Source of the DNA: a bacterium
GTDB taxonomy: Bacteria; Patescibacteriota; Doudnabacteria; UBA920
Assembly (NCBI GenBank): GCA_016699995.1
Contig: CP064996.1
Coordinates: 626,963 to 690,962, forward strand
DNA: 64,000 nucleotides
Reading direction: 5' to 3'
Position numbers and translations under genes: made by a program. Position 1 is the stretch's first letter; each line of letters begins with the position of its first letter. The notes under the pieces were generated by a model. That model saw nothing but the letters and a program-made list of their open reading frames with translations. It searched no databases and was not told where the DNA came from. This document shows positions 26,612 through 36,500 of this stretch, in pieces.

Positions 26612-28561
26612 CTATTGAGTTAATCCAGTGCTGGGAATTGCGCTGCCCACATTCTTGCAAGCCTCGACAAAACTGCTACCCAAAGTATCACCACGAAACC
26701 AATCCACTGCCCACGTGATGGGACCACCAGCAATTGTGGCAATCCAGCCGCTGCCGTCTGCACCGCTTGCATGACAGGCGGCCACAAATAGCACAAAAGC
26801 TAGCACAAAAATCATCAGTACAATTACAACGATAATAATGTTAACAGTATGAACCAACCAGCGCTGCCACCAAACTAATTTCACTCTTAAAATGAAGGCC
26901 ACCAAGACGATTATTTCCATTAGGATAAAAGTAAGGCCGAAAGTTGGAACCAGTCCATCGAGGCAGGCCATATAGGCCTTATCCAGAATAGCGGCCAGAC
27001 CAGCCTTGGCCGCCTGCTTAGCAGCTCCTTTTTTATCTCCGCTCAGAGCTTTGCTTGCGATATCCTGTATCTCCTTTGGGTCTATTCCACCCTTAGCTCC
27101 TTTTGCTCCGCCCATCTTACCGCCCGCGCCTGCACCCATCTTACCGCCTGCACCTGCGCCAGCTCCCGCGCCGCCTGCCTTTGCGCCCATACCACCTGCG
27201 ACTCCGCCCATCTTACCGCCCGCGCCTGCACCTGCGCCAGCTCCCGCGCCGCCTCCAGGCGCACCTATGCCACCTTTAGGCATAGAATTACCCCTAGCTC
27301 CGCCCAACTGAGACATCTTAGAATTCATTGCATCCGGCCCCCCTGCCCCACCATAACCTTTCAGTTTTTTAGGATCCTTGCCTAACTTTTCGAAGGCTTT
27401 GCTCTTTTGAGCAGGATCTTTTAATTGATCGGGGTTATCATTTTTCTGAGCGGCGGAGCGCTCGTCCTGCTTTTGCTCCTTTTGCGGGTCTTTGGATTCA
27501 TTATCCTTCTGATCTTTTCGTTCATCATCTTGTCGGTCATCTTTCTTATTGTCTTGCTGCTGGTCTTGAGGTTCTGTATCTACTTCGGCATCATCAGCAG
27601 AATCTTCCTCACTTTGATCTTCTTCATCATCCACATCCTCCGACCCTGCAACAGTCTCCGCAGACTGCTCATTAAGCAGCGCTTGCTGCTGACGGCGCAG
27701 ATCTTCTTCGTACTTCTCATTTGCTTTGCGGCTCTCTGACTTAGCTTGAGTTTCATTTTCCTGGATCATCTGTTCCATCGTTTCATCGTCCACGTCTAAA
27801 ATCGGCTCCTGCTCCATGCGCTGCCGCTCTCTTTCTATTACATCGTCCGGCAAATACATTTCTGGCTTATCTTTACTAGCCTTAAACTGAGCCGGCGATT
27901 TTTGAATACCACCTTGTGGCGGCCAGTACTCTCCGCCTATTTTTTTATTCAGCTGTGCTTCGTCCCATGCCTCTTCTGCCAACTTTTTATGAATATCCTG
28001 ACCCTTGTGATGCAAACTGCCATCTTTGTTGTATACATCCTGCGCACTGTAACCAAAACTTTCGTGGAACCCGCCAGAAGTAGCCATGCCCTCATAATTT
28101 TGCATACCGCTCGGCAAATGAGCCACTGTGAGCTGCACTCTTCCACCTGCGCCTTTCTTTAAAGAATACTCAGCTGCTATTTGGTGCATTAGCTTCCCGA
28201 CGCCCTTATACTCATCGCCATAAGACTTCATTGACTCTACGTACACCTTAGGTTTATATTTTCCAGACGGATCCGAACCATAAGTGAGGCGCTCGTGATT
28301 TTGGTGGAATTTGCCAGTTGTTTGTAAATCCTGAAGCTCAGTCTGACTATAATATTTTAAGAGCTCTTTTCCCACCATTCGGTCTTTGGGATCAAAAACA
28401 CCAACCTCTAACATGTCCCCATACTTACCAGCTCTAACGGTTACGGGAACTTTGCGGTTGGTGCCTTTTTCTATGACAAAACCCTGACCCACTTTAGGGC
28501 CAAAGGAATGAGACTCTGTTAATGAATCCACTTTAGCTCGGTCTTTTGCATCCGACGCCAT
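26612..28561 (-). CDS. modular T4SS-associated protein: N-terminal globular domain, acidic linker, Gly/Ala-rich repeats, C-terminal 3-TM anchor
   Basis: 649 aa. Residues 1-230 are globular with unknown fold. 280-400 are D/E/Q/K-rich. 410-480 carry (GAGAGAGAGGKMGG)n repeats. The C-terminal hydrophobic helices are TFGLTFILMEIIVLVAFIL, NIIIVVIVLMIFVLAFVLFVAA. Confidence 0.65.
   Translation of the reverse strand: MASDAKDRAKVDSLTESHSFGPKVGQGFVIEKGTNRKVPVTVRAGKYGDMLEVGVFDPKDRMVGKELLKYYSQTELQDLQTTGKFHQNHERLTYGSDPSGKYKPKVYVESMKSYGDEYKGVGKLMHQIAAEYSLKKGAGGRVQLTVAHLPSGMQNYEGMATSGGFHESFGYSAQDVYNKDGSLHHKGQDIHKKLAEEAWDEAQLNKKIGGEYWPPQGGIQKSPAQFKASKDKPEMYLPDDVIERERQRMEQEPILDVDDETMEQMIQENETQAKSESRKANEKYEEDLRRQQQALLNEQSAETVAGSEDVDDEEDQSEEDSADDAEVDTEPQDQQQDNKKDDRQDDERKDQKDNESKDPQKEQKQDERSAAQKNDNPDQLKDPAQKSKAFEKLGKDPKKLKGYGGAGGPDAMNSKMSQLGGARGNSMPKGGIGAPGGGAGAGAGAGAGGKMGGVAGGMGAKAGGAGAGAGAGGKMGAGAGGKMGGAKGAKGGIDPKEIQDIASKALSGDKKGAAKQAAKAGLAAILDKAYMACLDGLVPTFGLTFILMEIIVLVAFILRVKLVWWQRWLVHTVNIIIVVIVLMIFVLAFVLFVAACHASGADGSGWIATIAGGPITWAVDWFRGDTLGSSFVEACKNVGSAIPSTGLTQ
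27100..27290. repeat. imperfect tandem DNA repeats (~96 bp unit) encoding Gly/Ala-rich repeats
   Basis: CCATCTTACCGCCCGCGCCTGCACC recurs at about 27112 and 27208. Encodes the GAGAGAGAGGKMGG units on the minus strand. Confidence 0.6.
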
Positions 28562-28565
28562 AGGA

Positions 28566-30407
28566 TTACCTCAAATCTTCTTTGCTTTGCTCTATCTCTA
28601 ACAGCTGCTTCGGATCGGTGGTGATAATCTGGTCTTCGACATAAGAAGCATAAACCTTGATGGCTGCATGCTTAAGACCGGCGAAGAAAATACCCTCGCC
28701 CACATCGCTTTCCAGTAATAAATACTTCTCACCCTCCGTGAGGAAAAATGTTTCAGTGACAATATCGATAGCAGCAGGACTTTGCTTAAGCAGCAACTGA
28801 ATAGATGAGTTCGTAACAATCGGCTTGCCGTAAGTACTGGCCATGAAATCGGCTACATCCTGAGTAATGGTGGTGAGTCCTAGATAATACTTACGGGCTC
28901 GCTTGGCAATACCGAATACGAACCGAGCGGAGTCTTCGTGCTGCATCAAGATCCAGGCTTCGTCCAACACCAAAATACGTTTCTTTAATTCGCTTCGCAC
29001 CACATTCCAAATGTGGCCAAGAATTATATACATAGCAATCGGGCGCAACTGCTCTTCTAGATCGCGGATAGAAAACACCAGCAGCTGATTCTGCAGCACT
29101 ACATTGGTTTGGTTATTTAATAATCCGGCAAAAGTACCTTCGGTGAACTTGCCCAAGCGAAGCGCCAAGCTTTCGCCGCCAACCATGCCTCCCAAAATTT
29201 CTATCAAATCGCTCATGACCGGCATTTCGGCGGTAGCGAAATCAGAATTCTCGGTAATATCTTTTTTAGCATAAGTCTGCCAAATCGCCTTATCCATAAT
29301 GGCTTCTTCGGTCGGATCCAGCTTGCCCAACACCAAGCCCATTAAGCCGATGAGGCTGATAACCGCGCTACGTAAAATATCTGCCTTGTCCTCGTCTTGC
29401 AAACCGATCGGCAAGTCAAATGGATTAATACGAAAATCGGAGTTAAGAGAAATGTTTAAGAAGGTTCCGCCTACAGCTTCGGCTAAATGCTGATACTCAT
29501 TTTCGGGATCGATAACAATAACTTCGATGCCGATCATCAGCGAACGCAAAATTTCTAATTTTACGGAATAAGACTTGCCAGCACCAGACTTAGCGAACAC
29601 AACGGAATTAGCATTTTCCATTGCAAAGCGGTCGAATAAAACCAAACTATTATTGTGGCGGTTAATTCCGTACAGAATACCGTCGTTGCCGGTAAGATCC
29701 GAAGATACAAACGGAAAAGTGCTAGAGAGCGGGCTGGTATTAAGGTTGCTGGTTACATCTAGATCATCCAAGCACAATGGCAAAGTAGAATTATACCCCG
29801 CCTCTACCGCGAGCATGGCGCGTTTGGTCACTACTAATTTCGCACCCAAAGCGCTTTCTAAAACCTTAGAATTCTTGTCTAGCTCTTCGAGTGAGTCGGA
29901 GTACAAAGTAAAGTAAAGGGCAAAGCGGAAGAAGTGTTCTACTCCCTGCTGCAGCTGATCGCGAAGCTCTTCTACGTCGTGGTAAGCGGTCTCCAGCAAT
30001 GGGTTGCGGGCCAAGCCTTTTTCCTGTTCGATCGTAATCTGGGAGCCGATTTCACCCACTTTGCTACGCAGTTTTTTAAGTACCATGCCGGAATCGATCG
30101 GGTAAATGAACATGGATACATCTAGAGCGCTCTCGGAGTTGATAATAAAAGATAGCCAGTTAGAAGACAAGAATCGCGGATATGCCAAAACGAAAAAGCT
30201 GCGCCCAAACTTGCCGTTAAGTTCGAACCAAGAGTTGGTAAACTTTAAGCTGCTGGGAGCTAGTAAATCTTTTAGGGTAGTGACGCCTTCCCGATACTCT
30301 TTCTCTACTTCGGCCAGTTTGCCCTCGGCCGAAATCTTACCTTTAAGGTGTTCGAGCTCTTCCTTCTTCTTTTCTAATTCGGTTTTGTTAAATGAAAATA
30401 AGCTCAT
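28566..30407 (-). CDS. virB4: VirB4/TraC/CagE-family conjugative ATPase, C-terminal ATPase portion
   Basis: Walker A FAKSGAGKS, Walker B ILVLDEAW. Gram-positive/CPR type. The start codon overlaps the upstream ORF's stop (TAATG). Confidence 0.85.
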   Translation of the reverse strand: MSLFSFNKTELEKKKEELEHLKGKISAEGKLAEVEKEYREGVTTLKDLLAPSSLKFTNSWFELNGKFGRSFFVLAYPRFLSSNWLSFIINSESALDVSMFIYPIDSGMVLKKLRSKVGEIGSQITIEQEKGLARNPLLETAYHDVEELRDQLQQGVEHFFRFALYFTLYSDSLEELDKNSKVLESALGAKLVVTKRAMLAVEAGYNSTLPLCLDDLDVTSNLNTSPLSSTFPFVSSDLTGNDGILYGINRHNNSLVLFDRFAMENANSVVFAKSGAGKSYSVKLEILRSLMIGIEVIVIDPENEYQHLAEAVGGTFLNISLNSDFRINPFDLPIGLQDEDKADILRSAVISLIGLMGLVLGKLDPTEEAIMDKAIWQTYAKKDITENSDFATAEMPVMSDLIEILGGMVGGESLALRLGKFTEGTFAGLLNNQTNVVLQNQLLVFSIRDLEEQLRPIAMYIILGHIWNVVRSELKKRILVLDEAWILMQHEDSARFVFGIAKRARKYYLGLTTITQDVADFMASTYGKPIVTNSSIQLLLKQSPAAIDIVTETFFLTEGEKYLLLESDVGEGIFFAGLKHAAIKVYASYVEDQIITTDPKQLLEIEQSKEDLR

Positions 30408-31093
30408 TATTTTTGAATGTTTTTAATATCGGCTTTGCCTAATTGACTGGCATCGATGCTCGGACCGGACGCAAAGTTATAAGAGTTGTACACCAGCTCT
30501 ATGAGCTGGTCGGTGGTGAGCTTTACCACGCGCAGCCCGCTGCTACCTAAAGCCGCCGCGACAGTATTGGTGCGTTCATCCAACTGTTTTTTGTAAGTCT
30601 TTAAGTTAGATTCCCTGTCCGTAATCGCTTTAGTTTTTCCTGTGCCGAAAATCTTGCTAAAAATGCTGATGTTAGTCGGATTAATGCTCGTATCGTAAGG
30701 CACGATGACGTAAAAGTTCTTGCTCATGACGTTGGCTGTTTCTACCAAGCGGTCGATAAACTCTATATATTCCTGAGTCTGCATGCGCAGCAACTCGTTG
30801 TTTTGCTTTTCCATCATCACGCGCAGCTTTTCTGTATATTCCGCGATATCCATTTTGCGGGATTGGATCAAAATCTGAACATGAAATTCTAAAGAGTTTA
30901 AAAATCTTTGATAGCTATAAATAAGCGCGTTCTGCTCTTCTTCACTTTTTAAATCGAAGTTGGTGCTAGACACCGCCAATACAGTACGCAATGTGCCGTT
31001 ATCCATCACGATTAAATCGTCACGGATTTCTGCGAGACGTAAAAATTGCTGTGTCGGATTGCCTATTTGTTGTTTTTGTTTGTTTAACGCCAT
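30407..31093 (-). CDS. VirB4 N-terminal domain-like protein (split VirB4, translationally coupled)
   Basis: 228 aa with LIVMDNGTLRTVLAVSSTNFDLKSEEEQNALIYSYQRFLNSLEFHVQILIQS pattern like the VirB4/CagE N-terminal domain. 228 + 613 aa is roughly full VirB4 length. Confidence 0.5.
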   Translation of the reverse strand: MALNKQKQQIGNPTQQFLRLAEIRDDLIVMDNGTLRTVLAVSSTNFDLKSEEEQNALIYSYQRFLNSLEFHVQILIQSRKMDIAEYTEKLRVMMEKQNNELLRMQTQEYIEFIDRLVETANVMSKNFYVIVPYDTSINPTNISIFSKIFGTGKTKAITDRESNLKTYKKQLDERTNTVAAALGSSGLRVVKLTTDQLIELVYNSYNFASGPSIDASQLGKADIKNIQK

Positions 31094-31551
31094 TATTTAG
31101 CCTGATTTTGTTTGTTTTGATTGATTCTTTCGATCAGTTTGGTTTCTTCGCTCTGCTCCTTATTAAGCAAATAGTTGAGCTCCTTAATCTTTAGAGCAGT
31201 TTCCTTTAGGTCCTTTGGAGCGACTTTTTCTTCTGTTGGGATCGGCAGTGTCTGTTCGGCTTCTTCGTGGCCTGTCTTGTGGTAAACATACTGCTTGGGC
31301 CCGAACAAGAATTTAATAAAATTACCGAAGCTAGCATAAAGCGGCCGGCCGTTTAATTTGCCAAAAGTTAACGCCAGAGCTGGAACGCCAGATCCGAGAC
31401 CCGCTACCACAGTAGCTGGAACATTTTTTGTGATAGTGAAGATAACAAAGGTGAATACGCCTGCGCCAAAAATGATCGCAAACTGCTTAAAAGTTAAGCC
31501 TGCGATAATCTTATCTTCTACATCGGTAAATTGTGGGACTGGGAATTGCAT
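31093..31551 (-). CDS. VirB3/PrgI/TcpE-like small membrane protein of Gram-positive-type T4SS
   Basis: 152 aa. N-terminal FTDVEDKIIAGLTFKQFAIIFGAG motif and 2 TM, as in PrgI/TcpE proteins found just upstream of VirB4. Stop overlaps the next start. Confidence 0.5.
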   Translation of the reverse strand: MQFPVPQFTDVEDKIIAGLTFKQFAIIFGAGVFTFVIFTITKNVPATVVAGLGSGVPALALTFGKLNGRPLYASFGNFIKFLFGPKQYVYHKTGHEEAEQTLPIPTEEKVAPKDLKETALKIKELNYLLNKEQSEETKLIERINQNKQNQAK

Positions 31552-31565
31552 GTTAATTATATCAC

Positions 31566-32609
31566 TTATACACGGTTGACCTTAAGCGAAAGCAGAATGT
31601 CGCTAACGAATTCAAATTCCTCTTGAGATAAAGCCAAATTTTGGGTACGACCAGAGAGCATGCTCTTACCGTAATTCAAATAGTCCTTATATAGAGGGCT
31701 GTTTTCGAAACTGGTGAGGACTTGGAAGTATCCCTGTGTGGAAGCAAGATTTGTAATGGCTTCATGAAAGGTTTTACGATTCTGAACATGCAAAACCGAG
31801 CTGGTTATAGCGGCGACGTCCTCTGGAGACTTTAATTCTATATTCTGCGTAGGAGTATAGTTGTAAGCAGCCTGGCTTACAGGTTGAGCTTGGGGAATTG
31901 GCTTTGGCTCTACAGGAGGCATAGGAACAGACTCTTTCGCAGGTGCGGGTCTTTGGGGCACAGAAGCAGGCTGAGGCCTTGGAGGAGGAGCTGTCTGCAC
32001 TGGCCGCGGCGCTGGCCGAGGCGCTAATTGTTGAGATGATGAGGCAGGCGAATATTGTGCGGGATTCGGTTCGGCTTGCACTTGATCCGGCCTCATTATC
32101 AAATGAGGGCGAGGATTAATTGGCGGCATAGCGGCGGTAGAACTCGGCCTTGGAGTCTGCGGCATCGATTGTGGCTGTTCCGAAATCGGGGTAGGTCTAG
32201 AAGCACCTGGCTTAGGAACATTGACTTTGCTCGGTAAATTGCTTATATGAGACAGGGAGGACGCATTGATATGAGGCAACGGCTTAGAAGGTTTTGGTAC
32301 AGGCTGAGGCGCAGGTTGTTGTCGTGCCGGTTGCGGTCTTGGAGGAGGAGCTGTCTGCACCGGTTGCGGCGCGGGAACAGGCTGTGGTCGCGGTGCCGGC
32401 CGTTGAAATACTGGAGCAGGCTGAGGTACAGGATTTGGAGCAGGCTTCGGTTCTGGCTTTGGTCCCATTAGAATTTCTTCCAATTCGGCTACCTGCTTAT
32501 CATTCATAAGCTCTATTAGCGCCATCCACTCTGTTTTTTCCTGGTCGGTTAAAACATTGGAGGTGCGTACCAGGTTATGTATTTGTTTTAATTTTTGATC
32601 GCTAAGCAT
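31566..32609 (-). CDS. proline-rich protein with internal duplicated PRPQP repeats
   Basis: 347 aa. N-terminal helical segment, then about 200 aa P/Q/A-rich with the duplicated block RPAPRP(Q/V)...QTAPPPRPQPA. Conserved C-terminal ~90 aa. Confidence 0.6.
   Translation of the reverse strand: MLSDQKLKQIHNLVRTSNVLTDQEKTEWMALIELMNDKQVAELEEILMGPKPEPKPAPNPVPQPAPVFQRPAPRPQPVPAPQPVQTAPPPRPQPARQQPAPQPVPKPSKPLPHINASSLSHISNLPSKVNVPKPGASRPTPISEQPQSMPQTPRPSSTAAMPPINPRPHLIMRPDQVQAEPNPAQYSPASSSQQLAPRPAPRPVQTAPPPRPQPASVPQRPAPAKESVPMPPVEPKPIPQAQPVSQAAYNYTPTQNIELKSPEDVAAITSSVLHVQNRKTFHEAITNLASTQGYFQVLTSFENSPLYKDYLNYGKSMLSGRTQNLALSQEEFEFVSDILLSLKVNRV
31976..32363. repeat. direct DNA repeat (~28 bp core GG(C/T)CTTGGAGGAGGAGCTGTCTGCAC) 360 bp apart
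   Basis: 31976-32003 and 32336-32363 are near-identical. They underlie the protein-level duplication in the Pro-rich ORF. Confidence 0.6.
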
Positions 32610-33571
32610 ATATTTATGAATTTTTCTTTTTGCGCTTTTTTTAAGTCGTCCAATTTAACCTGAATTTTGAGAAGCTCAACCTGGCGATGCTGGCGGGCCT
32701 TAGCTTCTGCATCAATATCTATATTTGTGGGGGTGTCGTAAACCAAACCTTTTTTATCCTGGCCGCCGAGCTTAAGCTTATCTTTGGTTCCAATTTTATA
32801 CAAAGGCGGTGCGTCGGGCTGAGAAGGAATAATTGGTACAGGTTTTCGTTTTTGTATAGGCTGTGGCTTAGGAACAACCGGCGGCTCTACTACTGGAATA
32901 ATTGTTTGCTGAGCAGCGTACTGTTCGGCACCTTCCGCCAAGGCATTATCCATTTCTTCTAAGTAAGCTTCGAATTCTGCCATTTCATCTTCAGGAATCT
33001 CTTCCGGTAACTCTTCCCAAAACTTCGCATACTGAGCCATGCGGTCATAGATTCGGAAAATATTCTTTAGAATTTCGCGTCGGGCGATAGTAAGTGTTTG
33101 AGGGTTTGGAGAACGGTTTATATAGCGAATCTCTTCTAACACATCGTGACGAATAGTGACGGCATCCGCTAAATCCTTAATCCAGTTGGAAATGGTGGGC
33201 GGTACATTTTTCTCCTTCACTACTATTGGCTTATCCCCCAGCAACTCCTGATGCTGTTCAATAATGCTCTTTAATCCTGTTATAAGCTCTACCTGATCTG
33301 GAACAGAATCGATTAGCTCTATATAATCGGATAATTTTTCTTCCAGGTTAAAATCCGGGATCTCGTAGGCAGTTAAAATGGATTCTTTAACCAAATTCAT
33401 TAGTCTCTGCGGGCTTAAACTGCTCATGGTTAAATAGCTCAGCTTGAGATAAGCTTTTTTATCCAGCCTCATCTCATTATCCCGATTTGAGGCAATCAAA
33501 AGCTCGCGGGCAAGAATATTGTCCTGGTATTGGATTGCATAATCGATTTTTGATTGCAGAGCAGTGTTCAT
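32588..33571 (-). CDS. hypothetical T4SS-cluster protein
   Basis: 327 aa, helical and acidic, with a Pro-rich segment (PVVPKPQPIQKRKPVPIIPSQPDAPP). No motif. Confidence 0.55.
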   Translation of the reverse strand: MNTALQSKIDYAIQYQDNILARELLIASNRDNEMRLDKKAYLKLSYLTMSSLSPQRLMNLVKESILTAYEIPDFNLEEKLSDYIELIDSVPDQVELITGLKSIIEQHQELLGDKPIVVKEKNVPPTISNWIKDLADAVTIRHDVLEEIRYINRSPNPQTLTIARREILKNIFRIYDRMAQYAKFWEELPEEIPEDEMAEFEAYLEEMDNALAEGAEQYAAQQTIIPVVEPPVVPKPQPIQKRKPVPIIPSQPDAPPLYKIGTKDKLKLGGQDKKGLVYDTPTNIDIDAEAKARQHRQVELLKIQVKLDDLKKAQKEKFINICLAIKN

Positions 33572-33583
33572 TTCAATTTATTT

Positions 33584-36500
33584 TTATACTAAGTCGGGAG
33601 GATTAAAATCCGGCGGTAAAGGGTTTGCGCCAGTAGTTGTATTGTTCGTTCCGGGGTTTGTTGTCCGACCACCTGTGCCGGTTCCACCACCAGGAGGTGT
33701 GCCAGGATTAGCCGGTGGCACATACGGTCTAGCCATCGTCGGACCGCCTCCTGCTATAGGCCCGCCTCCGCCTCCCGGTGCGCCAGGAGCGCCAGGGGCT
33801 CCGGGAGTTCCAGCTGGGCCAGCTGGGCCTGCTGGGCCAGCTCCGCCCGCTGGACCTGTTCCACCCCTGCCTCCACGTCCACCGGTTCCGCCAGTCGCAC
33901 CAGCTGCACCCGTGGCGCCTGTTGCGCCAGGGGCTCCAGCAGCGCCGCGTGGACCTGCTACAAATTTCCTGCCTGCGACATCCTCTAATGCGGCTCTAAT
34001 CTCCTTGCCCATATTTTTGCCCATTGCCTTAAAATCATCCTCAGTGATCACATCCAAAATCTGACCAGCTCTCTCCTTAGACATATCGCGTTTTACCTGT
34101 TTGGCCTTCTCTGTAGTATTCAATGCAGACAACCATTTAACCAACCCTGGGGTGGCTTCTTCTCTATTAGTTGTAGGATTGAAATGCTTAATATCGCCTT
34201 CTTTAACATCTTTGATTCCCAGCTTTGCAAACCGTTTTTCTACGTCCACCATTTGCGCCTGGTAAGACTTGATGATGCCGCCGCCACTAGGCATGTTCTT
34301 TACGGCATATCCCAAAGGAATAGCGCCGTTTTTAGCTGCGGTATTGGAAATCTCTCTAAATACGTTGGTCTGGTTGCGTTCGGAAGTCTTAAACTTATCT
34401 TTCACCATTTTCTCCAAGCCGACAATATTGTACTGGTAGGGATCCCCATTATCATCCTTCATGTTCTTCATAAGCTTGTCGGCCATTCCTGTTTCGGCAA
34501 TCTGCTTAACATATGCTCGCGCTTGTACAAAATTATTCTTCTTTAAAGCATCTAAGAAACCGGCTTCCAGCTGATCATAATCTAAATCCAAATCGGCAAT
34601 TTCCTTCTTTTGCTTCATAACCTCCATAGCTTCTTCCTTCTCCAAAGCCTTAGAATATGGGCGCTGGTATTTTTCTGCTTCTGTATTTAGTCGGGTAACT
34701 TCTTTTAGCAAAGCCTCCTTTACGCCATCGTTCATAGGGCCGTTGTAGCCCAGCTCTCGGCGCTTCGCTTGATCATTATCAATTACAGAAGTAGCATCGG
34801 CAATTTTCCTCTGCAGTTCATCCGTTATTTTTGTGGTGTCCACTACTGGTTCGATAGGATCACCTGGTGCCATTAATCCCTGCTGAACAAGCCCGCCTGG
34901 ATCGGTGACTATGCCGGTAGCCGGGTCTACGACTTCCGGATGATCAACCTTCATGTCCAAATTAACCTGCAAGTCTGCCAGGCTCACTTCGGTCGCTCCG
35001 GTAGCAACTGCATTGTTTACTGCATCTTCCAGAACATCGCGGCGAGCCTTAACTTGAGCTTCCTGATACTTAAGATCGCGGTTGCCAGGATCCTTCAAAA
35101 CAGCCTGTTCTGCCTTTTCGGAATCTTCATTCAATTTCGCAAGCTCGTCCTGAGCCTGAGCCAAAGTCAAACGGCCGGCTGATAGATCATTATATTTCTG
35201 CTGATCAGCGTCACGCTGGTCTGCTACGCCCCTAATTTCATCGTCATTCTTGATTTCCGTAGCAATGCGCTGATTGCGTTTTGCTTCTTCGAGCATAGGC
35301 GCACCAGGATCTTTTCCGCGCAGCTTGCGCCATGCCCACTGGGCACCCATGATTTTGTTTTCACCAAACGGCTGCAAGAAATTACTAACTTTCTTAAAGT
35401 CATCTGCAAACCGGCCGTTCATCTGTTCCTTTGGAATGTCGAAGTAACCTTTCTTAGCCGCCTTTAAGAACTCTTTCGGCCTTGCTACTGCGCGAATGGC
35501 TTTTTGCAAGCCAGGCTTCTTGTCTATGCCAAACAGCTTAGAGTTAGCCAAACTGTCTGCGCCGGTATCCTTAGCCCATTTGCCGCCCCAAACGGCTGCT
35601 TTGCCGGCGCCGCCGGCCACGGCCAATGGAGCGGTTTTGGTAACGAAGTCAAAGCCCTTCTTGGCAAACTTAACAATCTGCTGGGCCCCAACCGTACCGC
35701 TGCTTTGGGCAAACTTCATACCAAGGAACAGGAAAAACAGCACGACGAAATGCGAAATAACTGTAATTACATACTCAGCCAGCTCTCCGGAAATCCCTCC
35801 TAGCAAGAAGGTGCGATCGCGTCCCGCTACCACTGTATCGCCATTCTTGGAAGCAAAAGTTGTAGCCATTAGAGCGGCAATATTTAGGAAGAATGCCAAT
35901 ATGGGAACCGTAAAGGCATGCTTGATAAACATATCCCACCATTGATCCCAGTACTTTTTTGTATCCGGTAAAATTCTGGCAACGTAGGCTATTGGCGACA
36001 CCATATACAAAATCCACAGCACAACCAGCCTGATGATAATGAAGGCGATCAGTGCGACGAAGGCAAAAAATGCAGCTATTGCCAACACAAGTAGTATAAT
36101 AGGCTTGGTAAGATCACTAGCACTGGCATCAACCGAGAAGTTGCTGCTATCCGTAACTCCTGCACCGCTGCTTTGACCCCTAAAAAACTTGATAGGATCA
36201 ACCATCAATTTTTGACCGAGCGCTTCTATGACCTTGCTTTCTGCTGGCAGGAACTGAGCCTGCACAGTGTCGGCGATACCAACTACTCCTTGCGCAATGA
36301 CCAAGCTAAAATTGACCAGCAATGCCATCAGCACGAGCCACAAAATAAAGCCCCGGGTTTTGCCAGAATCATCGACTTGAAACAGAACACGCAGACCCAT
36401 CCATAACAACGCGACTATGAACCCGATGTTTGCTAGGTTGCGCATAATGACCCAGCCCGGGTAAATGAAGTTTACGAACTCATCTTTATGAGCGTAAATA

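Noticed and set aside
27006-27311. Plus-strand 101 aa poly-Pro/Ala ORF and the 27082-27264 minus-strand QAREL-repeat ORF.
   Set aside because: These are mirror and alternative frames of the Gly/Ala-repeat DNA inside the 649 aa gene. Repeat-driven, with no independent signals.
32055-32509. Three Arg/Trp-rich plus-strand ORFs (32055-32237, 32247-32471, 32294-32509).
   Set aside because: Antisense to the Pro-rich protein gene (31566-32609). CCN/CGN-rich repeats read as Arg/Trp on the opposite strand.
33564-34064. Plus-strand 166 aa Pro-rich ORF (and 33778-33999+).
   Set aside because: It is the antisense reading of the collagen-like GXY repeat at the 3' end of the 1534 aa minus-strand gene. 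GC-rich repeats are open on both strands. The minus-strand frame is contiguous with a 4.6 kb gene.
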